From positions 8,930 through 72,929 of the forward strand of contig JAZQOI010000006.1 of NCBI GenBank assembly GCA_045627745.1: a DNA stretch of 64,000 nucleotides, in the 5' to 3' direction. Below the pieces are notes generated by a model. It did no database searches, had not been told where the DNA came from, and saw nothing but the letters and a program-made list of their open reading frames with translations. A program made the position numbers and the translations under genes. Below, in pieces: positions 1 through 8,047 of the stretch. The number at the start of each line of letters is the position of its first letter. The stretch's first letter is position 1. The stretch comes from Lachnospiraceae bacterium (GTDB lineage: Bacteria > Bacillota > Clostridia > Lachnospirales > Lachnospiraceae).

Positions 1-20
1 GTCAGTAACTGAACAGCAAC

Positions 21-34
21 ACAAATTTGTGTGT
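21..34. promoter_or_regulatory. perfect 14-bp palindrome ACACAAATTTGTGT just upstream of the iorA -35 box (possible operator/activator site)
   Basis: Read directly: acacaaa|tttgtgt is self-complementary and ends 6 nt before TTGACA at 41-46. No regulator can be named. Confidence 0.25.
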
Positions 35-40
35 AAAATC

Positions 41-68
41 TTGACAAATATCCTTAATTGCATAATAT
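41..68 (+). promoter_or_regulatory. sigmaA-type promoter for iorA (TTGACA, about 16 nt, TAATAT)
   Basis: TTGACA at 41-46 and an AT-rich -10 (cATAATATt) at 61-68 preceded by TG at 59-60. It lies about 45 nt upstream of ATG 110. Confidence 0.4.
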
Positions 69-109
69 TAGAAGATAGTGTGTTTTTATTGCTTTGGAAG
101 GAGATAGTT

Positions 110-1858
110 ATGAGTGAAACAAAGAGCGTAATGATGCTGGGAAACGAAGCTATTGCTCGTGGCGCTTATGAAGCAGGTGTTAAGGTTTCTGCTGCATATC
201 CCGGAACCCCCAGTACTGAGATTAGTGAGAATATTGTTAAATATAAGGATGAATTATATTGCGAGTGGTCCCCAAATGAGAAGGTAGCTATGGAGGTTGC
301 CATAGGTGCTTCACTTGTGGGCTGCCGTTCATTAGTGTCTATGAAGCATGTAGGTGTTAATGTTGCTTCCGACCCGTTATATACTGTTTCTTATATTGGT
401 GTTAATGGAGGTCTTGTTCTTGTGGCGGCCGATGATCCCGGTCTTTACAGCTCTCAAAATGAGCAGGATACAAGAATGATTGCCAGAGCAGCTCATCTTC
501 CCGTACTTGAACCCTCTGATTCACAGGAAGCTAAGGATTTTATTAAGTATGCTTATGAGTTAAGTGAGAAATATGACACACCGGTCATTTTGAGAACAAC
601 TACACGTTTATCTCATTCTCAGGGAATGGTTACTCTTGAGGATAGACAGAATGTGGCTGATAAGCCATACGAGAGAAATGTTGCAAAAAATGTTATGATG
701 CCTGCGATGGCTAAGGGACGTCATCTTGCAGTAGAAGCAAGAGAAATTAAAATGGCAGAGGATTCCTGCGAATTCCCTATTAACAGAGTAGAAATGAATG
801 ATACCGCAATTGGTATTATTACAAGTGGTATTTCTTACCAGTATGTAAAAGAGGCAATTCCTAATGCTTCAGTATTAAAGCTTGGTATTGTTAATCCACT
901 TCCAAGAAAGCTTATTGAAGATTTTGCATCCAAGGTGGATACATTATATATAGTAGAGGAACTTGAACCAATTGTTGAAACTCAGGTAAAGTCATGGGGG
1001 ATTAAGGCAATTGGTAAGGAAATTCTTACTGTTCAGGGCGAGTACAGTGCCAATATGTTAAGAAAGGCAATTCTTAAGGAAGAGGTTTTGATTAAGAATC
1101 CGGCTGAGGTTCCTAATCGTCCTCCTATTCTGTGTCCGGGATGTCCACATAGAAGTGCATTTACTGTTCTTAATAAGCTTAAGATTCATGCTGCAGGTGA
1201 TATTGGTTGCTATACCTTAGGAGCAGTTGCGCCACTGAGTGTTATTGATACTACTGTGTGTATGGGCTCGAGTATATCTACTCTTCATGGTATGGAAAAG
1301 GCCAAAGGTAAGGATTATATTAAGAACTGGGTTGCTGTAATCGGTGATTCCACATTTATGCATACAGGTATAAATTCACTTATTAATATGGTATATAATC
1401 AGGGAACCGGAACTGTAATGATTCTTGATAATTCCACAACAGGAATGACCGGTCATCAGGACCATGCGGCTACCGGAAAGACTCTTCAGGGTGAAGAGGT
1501 TCCTGCAATTAATATTTACGAACTTTGTAAGACTATCGGAGTTAAGAACGTATATGAAATAAACGTATTTGATACGGAAGGTCTTGAAAAGCTGCTTAAA
1601 CAGGAGCTTGCTAAGGATGAGGTTTCAGTTATCATTACAAAGACACCTTGTGTGCTTTTGAATAAGACACCTATTACACATAAGTGCGTTGCAGATCCTG
1701 AAGCTTGTAAGAAATGTGGAATGTGTCTTAAACCGGGATGTCCTGCAGTTACCAAGCAGGAGGATGGTACAATCAAAATTGACGAAACTATGTGCAACGG
1801 TTGCGGATTGTGTAAGAAACAGTGTAAGTTTGGTGCAATCAAGGACGTGGCAATTTAG
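110..1858 (+). CDS. iorA: indolepyruvate:ferredoxin oxidoreductase, alpha subunit
   Basis: ORF 29-1858. ATG 110 follows RBS GGAAGGAG (96-103). TPP-binding region GDSTFMHTG...NSTTGMTGHQ. C-terminal ferredoxin-type Cys clusters CKKCGMCLKPGCP and CNGCGLCKKQC. Followed by iorB. Confidence 0.85.
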   Translation: MSETKSVMMLGNEAIARGAYEAGVKVSAAYPGTPSTEISENIVKYKDELYCEWSPNEKVAMEVAIGASLVGCRSLVSMKHVGVNVASDPLYTVSYIGVNGGLVLVAADDPGLYSSQNEQDTRMIARAAHLPVLEPSDSQEAKDFIKYAYELSEKYDTPVILRTTTRLSHSQGMVTLEDRQNVADKPYERNVAKNVMMPAMAKGRHLAVEAREIKMAEDSCEFPINRVEMNDTAIGIITSGISYQYVKEAIPNASVLKLGIVNPLPRKLIEDFASKVDTLYIVEELEPIVETQVKSWGIKAIGKEILTVQGEYSANMLRKAILKEEVLIKNPAEVPNRPPILCPGCPHRSAFTVLNKLKIHAAGDIGCYTLGAVAPLSVIDTTVCMGSSISTLHGMEKAKGKDYIKNWVAVIGDSTFMHTGINSLINMVYNQGTGTVMILDNSTTGMTGHQDHAATGKTLQGEEVPAINIYELCKTIGVKNVYEINVFDTEGLEKLLKQELAKDEVSVIITKTPCVLLNKTPITHKCVADPEACKKCGMCLKPGCPAVTKQEDGTIKIDETMCNGCGLCKKQCKFGAIKDVAI

Positions 1859-1878
1859 TTGGGGATAAGGAGACTGTT

Positions 1879-2448
1879 ATGGAAACGAAGAATATAATGA
1901 TTGTAGGTGTAGGCGGACAGGGAACTCTGCTTACAAGCCGTATTCTCGGTGGAATTATGCTTCAGGCCGGATACGATGTTAAAATGTCTGAGGTTCATGG
2001 AATGGCTCAGAGAGGTGGCTCTGTTGTTACCTTTGTAAGATATGGAGATAAGGTGTGTGAACCTATCGTTGAAGAAGGTCAGGCTGATGTCCTTATTGCA
2101 TTTGAACAGCTTGAGGCCATGAGGTATGCTCATTTCCTTAAAAAGGATGGGGTATTGATTTTGAATAATCAGAGAATTGATCCTATGCCTGTTGTAATAG
2201 GAGCAGCAAAGTATCCTGAAAATATTGTTGAGAATTTAAGTAATGAATATAAGGTTATTTCTGTAGATGCAATGTCAGAGGCAATTAAGCTTGGAAATTC
2301 CAAGGTATTTAATGTTATTGTTTTGGGTGTCGCTGCAAAGCATATGGATTTTTCCAAGGACGAATGGTTTAAGGTAATTGAGAGTATTGTTAAGCCTAAG
2401 TTTGTGGATATGAATAAGCAGGCATTTGAAATCGGATATAATCTGTAG
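1879..2448 (+). CDS. iorB: indolepyruvate:ferredoxin oxidoreductase, beta subunit
   Basis: 189 aa. N-terminal IMIVGVGGQGTLL motif of the 2-oxoacid:ferredoxin oxidoreductase gamma-like family. RBS AAGGAG. Lies immediately after iorA. Confidence 0.8.
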   Translation: METKNIMIVGVGGQGTLLTSRILGGIMLQAGYDVKMSEVHGMAQRGGSVVTFVRYGDKVCEPIVEEGQADVLIAFEQLEAMRYAHFLKKDGVLILNNQRIDPMPVVIGAAKYPENIVENLSNEYKVISVDAMSEAIKLGNSKVFNVIVLGVAAKHMDFSKDEWFKVIESIVKPKFVDMNKQAFEIGYNL

Positions 2449-2509
2449 TTACTGTTTTAAGACTAAACAGTAATACTTTAGTGTTACTGCTCAGGTAATG
2501 AATAGTAAC
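2448..2509. promoter_or_regulatory. four alternating copies of a 7-nt core (GTTACTG / CAGTAAT / GTTACTG / TAGTAAC), i.e. two GTTACTG-N13-yAGTAAy inverted repeats 35 nt apart
   Basis: Cores at 2448-2454, 2468-2474, 2483-2489 and 2503-2509. As RNA, neighbouring copies can pair in mutually exclusive ways (A:B 10 bp, B:C 7 bp, C:D 7 bp). Sits between the iorB stop and the paaK RBS. Confidence 0.4.
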
Positions 2510-2536
2510 AATTGTTTTGGTAAGGTGGTGGAAACA

Positions 2537-3835
2537 ATGATCTGGAATGAAGCCAGAGAATGCATGAGTCGTGATGAGATGGCTCACATTCAGAGCGTAC
2601 GTTTAGTTAAGCTTGTAGATCGTGTATATCATAATGTAGAGTTTTATCGTAAGAGAATGCAGGAGGCCGGTCTTGAACCCGGAGATATTAAGGGGATAGA
2701 AGATATCAATAAGCTTCCGTATACAACAAAGGCTGACCTTAGAGACAATTATCCCTTTGGGTTATTTGCTGTGCCCCGTAGTGAAATTGTTCGTGTACAT
2801 GCATCCAGTGGAACAACGGGCAAAGCTACAGTAGTTGGATATACAAGACATGATATTGATATATGGGCAGAGTGTGTTGCCAGAGCCTTTACAATGGCCG
2901 GCGTTGGTCAGAATGACGTAATGCAGATTGCCTATGGTTATGGATTGTTTACAGGTGGTCTTGGTGCTCATTATGGTGCTGAGAATCTTGGCGCGACAGT
3001 AGTTCCCATGTCTACCGGTAATACTAAAAAGCTTATTACAATGATGGAGGATTTTGGCGTTACAGCAATTGCCTGTACACCTTCATATCTTATTCATATA
3101 GCTGAGGTTTTGGAGGCTGAAAATAAAATGGATAAGATTAAGCTTCGTACCGCAGTGTGCGGTGCAGAACCATGGACAGAGGAAATGCGTTTGCTTATAG
3201 AAAAAATGCTTAATATTGGTGTTCATGATATTTACGGACTTTCGGAGGTTATGGGACCGGGTGTTGCCTGTGACTGTGATTTCCATAAAGGACTTCATGT
3301 ATTTGACGATCATTTTTATCCTGAGATTATTGATAAGGATACTCTTGAGCCTGTGGGTGACAATGTTCTTGGTGAACTTGTATTTACTACATTAACAAAG
3401 GAAGGTTTGCCGCTTATTAGGTATCGTACTAAGGATCTTACAAGTATTGATCATAGCCCCTGTGAATGTGGAAGAACCACACCAAGAATTCAAAAATTCA
3501 AAGGCCGTTCAGATGATATGCTTGTTATTCGTGGAGTTAATGTGTTCCCTTCACAGGTGGAGGCTGCATTACTTGAGGTAGATGAAACAACACCTAATTA
3601 TCTGATGATTGTTGACAGAGTTGATTATCAGGATACTCTTGAGGTTAAGGTAGAAGTAGAAGAACGATTCTTTGATGATGATATGGTTAGTCTTGAAAAA
3701 ATAACAAAGAAGATTCAGGCTGTATTAAAACAGGCCCTTGGACTTGCCTGCAAGGTAACACTTGTAGAGCCTAATACCCTTGAGAGAAGTGAGGGAAAAT
3801 CAAAAAGAGTTATAGACAAGAGAAATCTTGTTTAA
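2537..3835 (+). CDS. paaK: phenylacetate-CoA ligase family (aryl-acid:CoA ligase)
   Basis: ORF 2498-3835. ATG 2537 (MIWNEAREC...) follows RBS AAGGTGGTGG. AMP-binding motif SSGTTGKATVVGYT, YGLSE, and C-terminal GRSDDMLVIRGVNVFP typical of PaaK-like ligases. Confidence 0.8.
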   Translation: MIWNEARECMSRDEMAHIQSVRLVKLVDRVYHNVEFYRKRMQEAGLEPGDIKGIEDINKLPYTTKADLRDNYPFGLFAVPRSEIVRVHASSGTTGKATVVGYTRHDIDIWAECVARAFTMAGVGQNDVMQIAYGYGLFTGGLGAHYGAENLGATVVPMSTGNTKKLITMMEDFGVTAIACTPSYLIHIAEVLEAENKMDKIKLRTAVCGAEPWTEEMRLLIEKMLNIGVHDIYGLSEVMGPGVACDCDFHKGLHVFDDHFYPEIIDKDTLEPVGDNVLGELVFTTLTKEGLPLIRYRTKDLTSIDHSPCECGRTTPRIQKFKGRSDDMLVIRGVNVFPSQVEAALLEVDETTPNYLMIVDRVDYQDTLEVKVEVEERFFDDDMVSLEKITKKIQAVLKQALGLACKVTLVEPNTLERSEGKSKRVIDKRNLV

Positions 3836-3860
3836 CGCTTCGGGTTAAATGTGGTATAAT
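3832..3860 (+). promoter_or_regulatory. possible internal sigmaA promoter (TTAACG-N17-TATAAT with TGn extension)
   Basis: TTAACG at 3832-3837 and TGgTATAAT at 3852-3860. It overlaps a C(UUCG)G-capped hairpin around the paaK stop (3831-3849). Confidence 0.3.
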
Positions 3861-3905
3861 AGGTATTGAATTAAACAATGTGTCTTTGAAGTTGCATTTT
3901 GCTTC

Positions 3906-3931
3906 GTTACTGGGTAGAAATGAACAGTAAC
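3906..3931. promoter_or_regulatory. inverted repeat GTTACTG-N12-CAGTAAC just upstream of the ACT-gene RBS
   Basis: gttactg at 3906-3912 and cagtaac at 3925-3931, a perfect 7-bp inverted repeat. Same core and nearly the same spacing as the pair at 2448-2509. Confidence 0.4.
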
Positions 3932-3948
3932 AGAATGGAGGTGCTTTT

Positions 3949-4374
3949 ATGGCAGTGAAGCAGGTTACTGTGTTTATTGCAAACAAAGAGGGACGAATCG
4001 AAAAGGTAACACAGGTTCTTAAGGATAATGATATTAATATTACTTCATTAAGCCTTGCTGAATCGGAGGATTTTGGATTGCTTCGTCTTATTGTTTCCGA
4101 TGCTGAACGTGCAAAAAACGTTCTTAAGGAGGCCGGACTTAGTGCTAAGACGACGGATGTCATAGCTGTTCAGATATCTAATGAGCCGGGCTCACTTCAT
4201 GATTTGCTGATAGCGGTTAAGGAATATAATATTGAATATATGTATGTATTGACTGCAGCGGAATCTGCATCTATGGTCATGAAAATCAGAGATGTTGAGG
4301 GTGCTGAGAAGGTTCTTAGAGACAAAGGTTTTGTTATTTTATCTGAACAAGAGGTTAATGAGACGGTGTATTAA
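3949..4374 (+). CDS. ACT-domain (amino-acid-binding) protein
   Basis: 141 aa with two tandem roughly 70-aa ACT-like repeats (VTVFIANKEGRIEKVTQVL... and VIAVQISNEPGSLHDLLIAV...). RBS GGAGGTG. This gene commonly follows iorAB-paaK. Confidence 0.6.
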   Translation: MAVKQVTVFIANKEGRIEKVTQVLKDNDINITSLSLAESEDFGLLRLIVSDAERAKNVLKEAGLSAKTTDVIAVQISNEPGSLHDLLIAVKEYNIEYMYVLTAAESASMVMKIRDVEGAEKVLRDKGFVILSEQEVNETVY

Positions 4375-4392
4375 AACACCGTCTCATTTAGT
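4360..4392 (+). terminator. rho-independent terminator after the ACT gene
   Basis: 9-bp stem GAGACGGTG/CACCGTCTC (4360-4368 / 4377-4385) with an 8-nt loop, followed by a T-rich tail. It overlaps the stop codon. Confidence 0.55.
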
Positions 4393-4405
4393 TTAATTTC
4401 CTTTG

Positions 4406-4435
4406 TTGATAATATACTTTAGGTTATGGTATACT
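4406..4435 (+). promoter_or_regulatory. sigmaA-type promoter of the four-gene unknown operon (TTGATA-N18-TATACT, TGn-extended -10)
   Basis: TTGATA at 4406-4411 and TGgTATACT at 4427-4435, about 34 nt upstream of the first possible start at 4469. Confidence 0.45.
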
Positions 4436-4468
4436 AATTCTTAATAAGGTTATTTGACTGAGTAAAGT

Positions 4469-7400
4469 GTGGTGAGGAACTTGCATGATATTGTAAATAG
4501 ACTTCGTGATGGAGTTTTCGATTATGATAATGGGAAACTCTCTTTTTCTGTTACTAAAATTGAAGAATCATTGCCTGTAGGCGGTACATATGAGGGTTCC
4601 TTTACCATTGAAAGTCGTAATGATAATGTTGTTGTAGGAAAGGTATATACCTCCAGTATGCGCCTTGTATGCATGACTGAAAGCTTTGAGGCCAAGAAGG
4701 TTAATGTTGGATTCCTTTTTGATGCAACAGGACTTGATGCGGGAGATATTGTTAAGGGTGATGTTCAGATAGTTTCCAATATGGGTGAGTATTATATTCC
4801 CTTTGCTTTTTCTATTGTACATGGTATTGTCAGAAGCTCTCTTGGTAATGTTAAAAATTTATTTCATTTTACAAATCAGGCACAAATTAGCTGGGATGAG
4901 GCTGTGGGTCTATTCTATTCAAAGGAGTTTATGCAAGTCTTTGAAGGAAACGACAGAGTGCATCTTGCTAAGTATCGCGGTCTTTCCAATCATTATTTAG
5001 ATGAGCAGAATATGGATACGTTTCTTATATCGGTTAATAAGAAACAGCCTGTTCTTTACAGCGTTGACAAGACAATGCATGAATTTCATGAGGTTTCTGA
5101 AACCCTTAGATGTGAATTGCCTGTCAGAAAGTCAACATGGGGATATGTTAATCTTAAGCTTTCAACAGATTGTGAATTTTTACGTCTTGAAAAGACAGAA
5201 CTTGATTATTCTGACTTTTTAGGAAATGTTCATAAGCTTGTATTTTTTATAGAAGAGGACAAGATGCATGAGGGTAAGAATTTTGGTCGTATTACCCTTA
5301 CCAGCAACCATCAGAAGCTTACGGTTACTATTATTGCCTCTAAGCGTATGAGTAACGCTGCACTTAGATGCGAGAGAAGAGAAATACGTAATCTCTATGG
5401 CCGTCTTATGCGTTGCTATATTGCCTTTAGAACCAAGCATATCAGTGTTAATACTTGGGTAAGGGATTCCTTTAAGATTGTGGAGCGACTTAATGCTCTC
5501 GATGAGAAGAATCCTGAATCCAGACTTTTTCAGGCACAGTTAATGCTTGTTTCTCAGCGCTATAATGAGGCGAAGTGGATTCTTGATCATGTTGAGACAG
5601 AAATGAGGATTCAGAAAACAGATCCGACGTTATATTGCTATTATTTGTATTTAACTACTCTTTATTTAAGGGATGATGCATATATTAATGAAGTTGCTGA
5701 TGAAGTGGCAGCAATTTTTGAAAATAACAACGACAATTACAAAATTCTGTGGGCTTTGCTCTATCTTAATGAGGATTTATGCAATAATCATATAAGAAAA
5801 ATCGAGCTGATTGAGGATCAGTTTTATAAGGGCTGCAGAAGCCCCATTATGTATGTGGAAGCATATCAGTTTTTTGTTAATAATCCTGTGACTCTTAATA
5901 AGCTTGAAGATTTTGAACTACAGGTTCTGTATTGGGCGGTTAAAAACGGAATGATGAACCAGGAGGTATGTAAGCAGATATTATACCTTACAGCCAGAAC
6001 CAAGGTTTTTTCTGATAATTTACTAAGACTTCTTACCGGAATTTACAGAATTACCGAAGATGCAGATGTGGTAAGCTCTATTTGCTCACTGCTTATAAAG
6101 GGTAACAAGACAGATGAGAAGTATTTTGAATGGTATAGCATTGGTGTGAATCTTGAACTTCGTATTACTAAGCTATACGAGTATTATATGTTATCTGTTC
6201 CAAAAGATTATAATGAACTGTTGCCGAAGTCAGTTATTATGTACTTTGGCTTTAGGAATAATATGGATTATAAGCATATTGCATTTTTGTATGCAAATAT
6301 GCTAAGACACAGGTATGATATTTCTAACCTGTGTGAGGATTACGCAGTAGCAATGCATGATTTTGTCATTGAACAGATTGTTTATGAAAGAATAGATGAT
6401 AATCTTGCATATTTGTATAGTGAGCTTCTTAGACCTGATGATATAGAACCGGATATGGTTAATAGATTTATTAAGCTTGTTTTCTCCCACGAGGTCAGAG
6501 TCAATGCTCCTAATATTAAGAATGTCTGCGTTGTTCAGGATGAAATGGAATATGAGGAAATATATGCTGTTGAAGATAACGTAGCTTATCCTGTAATATA
6601 TAGCACCCATTATATGATTTTCTATGAGGATGGTGAAGGAAAGAGAGTTCTTGCAGATCCCTCCCAGTGTCGCAAGCTCATAGATGAGACGATTTATGTA
6701 AATGAGCTTAGGCATTATGTTACTGACAATGAGGGCTTTAATCTGTATTTGTGCAGTGGACGTAAGCACTATATTACAGTGGATTCGGGAAATGTGGATT
6801 CCTGTCGTGAGCTCGTGGAGGCAATGAGAATCAAAGAGGATTTCAAACGTGATGTACGTATGGAATTGCTCAAATACTATTATGATAATAATGAGATTTC
6901 TACTCTGGATCAGTTTTTATTAAGTATAGAACCTAAGGTGCTTGGCGCTAAGGACAGAGCAGATTTGGTTGGGTACCTTGTTATAAGGGGAATGTTTGAA
7001 ACGGCGTACGATATTATTACAATTTATGGAGCTGAGAAGGTTCCGGCTAAGACACTTGTAAGAATATGTACCCACATGATTGGAAAGAGTGAAGATATTG
7101 TTGATGTTATGCTTGTAAAGGTGGCGTATTTCGCATTTATTAATGGCAAGTATGATGGAACAATGCTTAAATATCTTGTGGATAATTTTAATGGTCTGAC
7201 CAAGGAGTTGCGTAATCTGTGGCGTGCGGCAATGCAGTTTGACATTGAATGCTTTGGCCTTATGGAGAAAATTCTTGTTCAGATGCTGTTTACCAAGACA
7301 ACTATTGGTGAAAAGGAAGATTTGTTTGAAGAATATATTCGATGCGGTTCAAATACCAAGGTTGAGCTTGCATATCTTTCTTATTCTGCCTTTGATTATT

Positions 7401-8035
7401 TTGCAAAGGAACGTCTTCTTGATGTTCGGGTATTTGACCACATTGTTAAGAATTACAGGCGGGGTGAAGAACTAAACGATGCCTGTAAGCTGGCATTACT
7501 TAAATATTATGCTGAGGATGAAAAGCGTTATTCTGACAGAATCAGAGAGATGCTTGTTGAATTCCTCAAGGAATTTATTCAGAAAAATATTTATTTTGTA
7601 TTCTTTAATGAATTTATTGATATTATGCCGGAACTTGCAGTATATGATGATAAGACCATTATTGAGTACAGAACCGATCCTAATAGTAAAGTTACTCTTC
7701 ATTACATTATTGAAGGAAATGAAGATGATGATTCCTATCATACGGAAGAAATGAAGAATATGTATGGTGGGGTTTTCTCAAAGGAATTTATTCTCTTCTT
7801 TGGTGAGAATCTTCAGTACTATATCACGGAAGAGAAAAACGGTAAGGAGTCACTTACGTTTAGTGATTCAGTGTCTATATCGGATGCGATTGCTGAAAGC
7901 CGTGAATCCAGATATAACCTGCTTAATGATATGGTCGTTTCGAAGGCCTTGCAGGATGATGAAACATTAATGAAAATCATGGAAGAATATGTCGAGGCAG
8001 AGTGTTTTACTGATAAAGTATTTACTTGCCTGTAA
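4469..8035 (+). CDS. large uncharacterised protein: two N-terminal beta-sandwich-like modules followed by long alpha-helical repeat blocks interrupted by beta-rich modules
   Basis: Uninterrupted 1188-codon ORF. The start is ambiguous (GTG 4469 or GTG 4472; no in-frame ATG nearby). The amino-acid pattern suggests the modules; no family recognised by eye. Confidence 0.7.
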   Translation: MVRNLHDIVNRLRDGVFDYDNGKLSFSVTKIEESLPVGGTYEGSFTIESRNDNVVVGKVYTSSMRLVCMTESFEAKKVNVGFLFDATGLDAGDIVKGDVQIVSNMGEYYIPFAFSIVHGIVRSSLGNVKNLFHFTNQAQISWDEAVGLFYSKEFMQVFEGNDRVHLAKYRGLSNHYLDEQNMDTFLISVNKKQPVLYSVDKTMHEFHEVSETLRCELPVRKSTWGYVNLKLSTDCEFLRLEKTELDYSDFLGNVHKLVFFIEEDKMHEGKNFGRITLTSNHQKLTVTIIASKRMSNAALRCERREIRNLYGRLMRCYIAFRTKHISVNTWVRDSFKIVERLNALDEKNPESRLFQAQLMLVSQRYNEAKWILDHVETEMRIQKTDPTLYCYYLYLTTLYLRDDAYINEVADEVAAIFENNNDNYKILWALLYLNEDLCNNHIRKIELIEDQFYKGCRSPIMYVEAYQFFVNNPVTLNKLEDFELQVLYWAVKNGMMNQEVCKQILYLTARTKVFSDNLLRLLTGIYRITEDADVVSSICSLLIKGNKTDEKYFEWYSIGVNLELRITKLYEYYMLSVPKDYNELLPKSVIMYFGFRNNMDYKHIAFLYANMLRHRYDISNLCEDYAVAMHDFVIEQIVYERIDDNLAYLYSELLRPDDIEPDMVNRFIKLVFSHEVRVNAPNIKNVCVVQDEMEYEEIYAVEDNVAYPVIYSTHYMIFYEDGEGKRVLADPSQCRKLIDETIYVNELRHYVTDNEGFNLYLCSGRKHYITVDSGNVDSCRELVEAMRIKEDFKRDVRMELLKYYYDNNEISTLDQFLLSIEPKVLGAKDRADLVGYLVIRGMFETAYDIITIYGAEKVPAKTLVRICTHMIGKSEDIVDVMLVKVAYFAFINGKYDGTMLKYLVDNFNGLTKELRNLWRAAMQFDIECFGLMEKILVQMLFTKTTIGEKEDLFEEYIRCGSNTKVELAYLSYSAFDYFAKERLLDVRVFDHIVKNYRRGEELNDACKLALLKYYAEDEKRYSDRIREMLVEFLKEFIQKNIYFVFFNEFIDIMPELAVYDDKTIIEYRTDPNSKVTLHYIIEGNEDDDSYHTEEMKNMYGGVFSKEFILFFGENLQYYITEEKNGKESLTFSDSVSISDAIAESRESRYNLLNDMVVSKALQDDETLMKIMEEYVEAECFTDKVFTCL

Positions 8036-8047
8036 TGGGAGATAATC

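Noticed and set aside
29-109. N-terminal extensions offered by the ORF track (iorA 29, paaK 2498, GGDEF/EAL 17941, dprA 23236, flgB 27978, fliM 42829, flhB 47942, cheW 57348, cheC 57891, PilZ 11946, YceG-like 62862)
   Set aside because: In each case an internal ATG with a proper purine-rich RBS 6-10 nt upstream gives an N-terminus matching the family. The extensions overlap promoters, hairpins or the preceding gene.
6302-6769. 155-aa minus-strand ORF inside the 1188-aa gene
   Set aside because: It is an Ile/Asn/Leu-rich translation of AT-rich antisense DNA, fully nested in a long uninterrupted + frame, with no start context.
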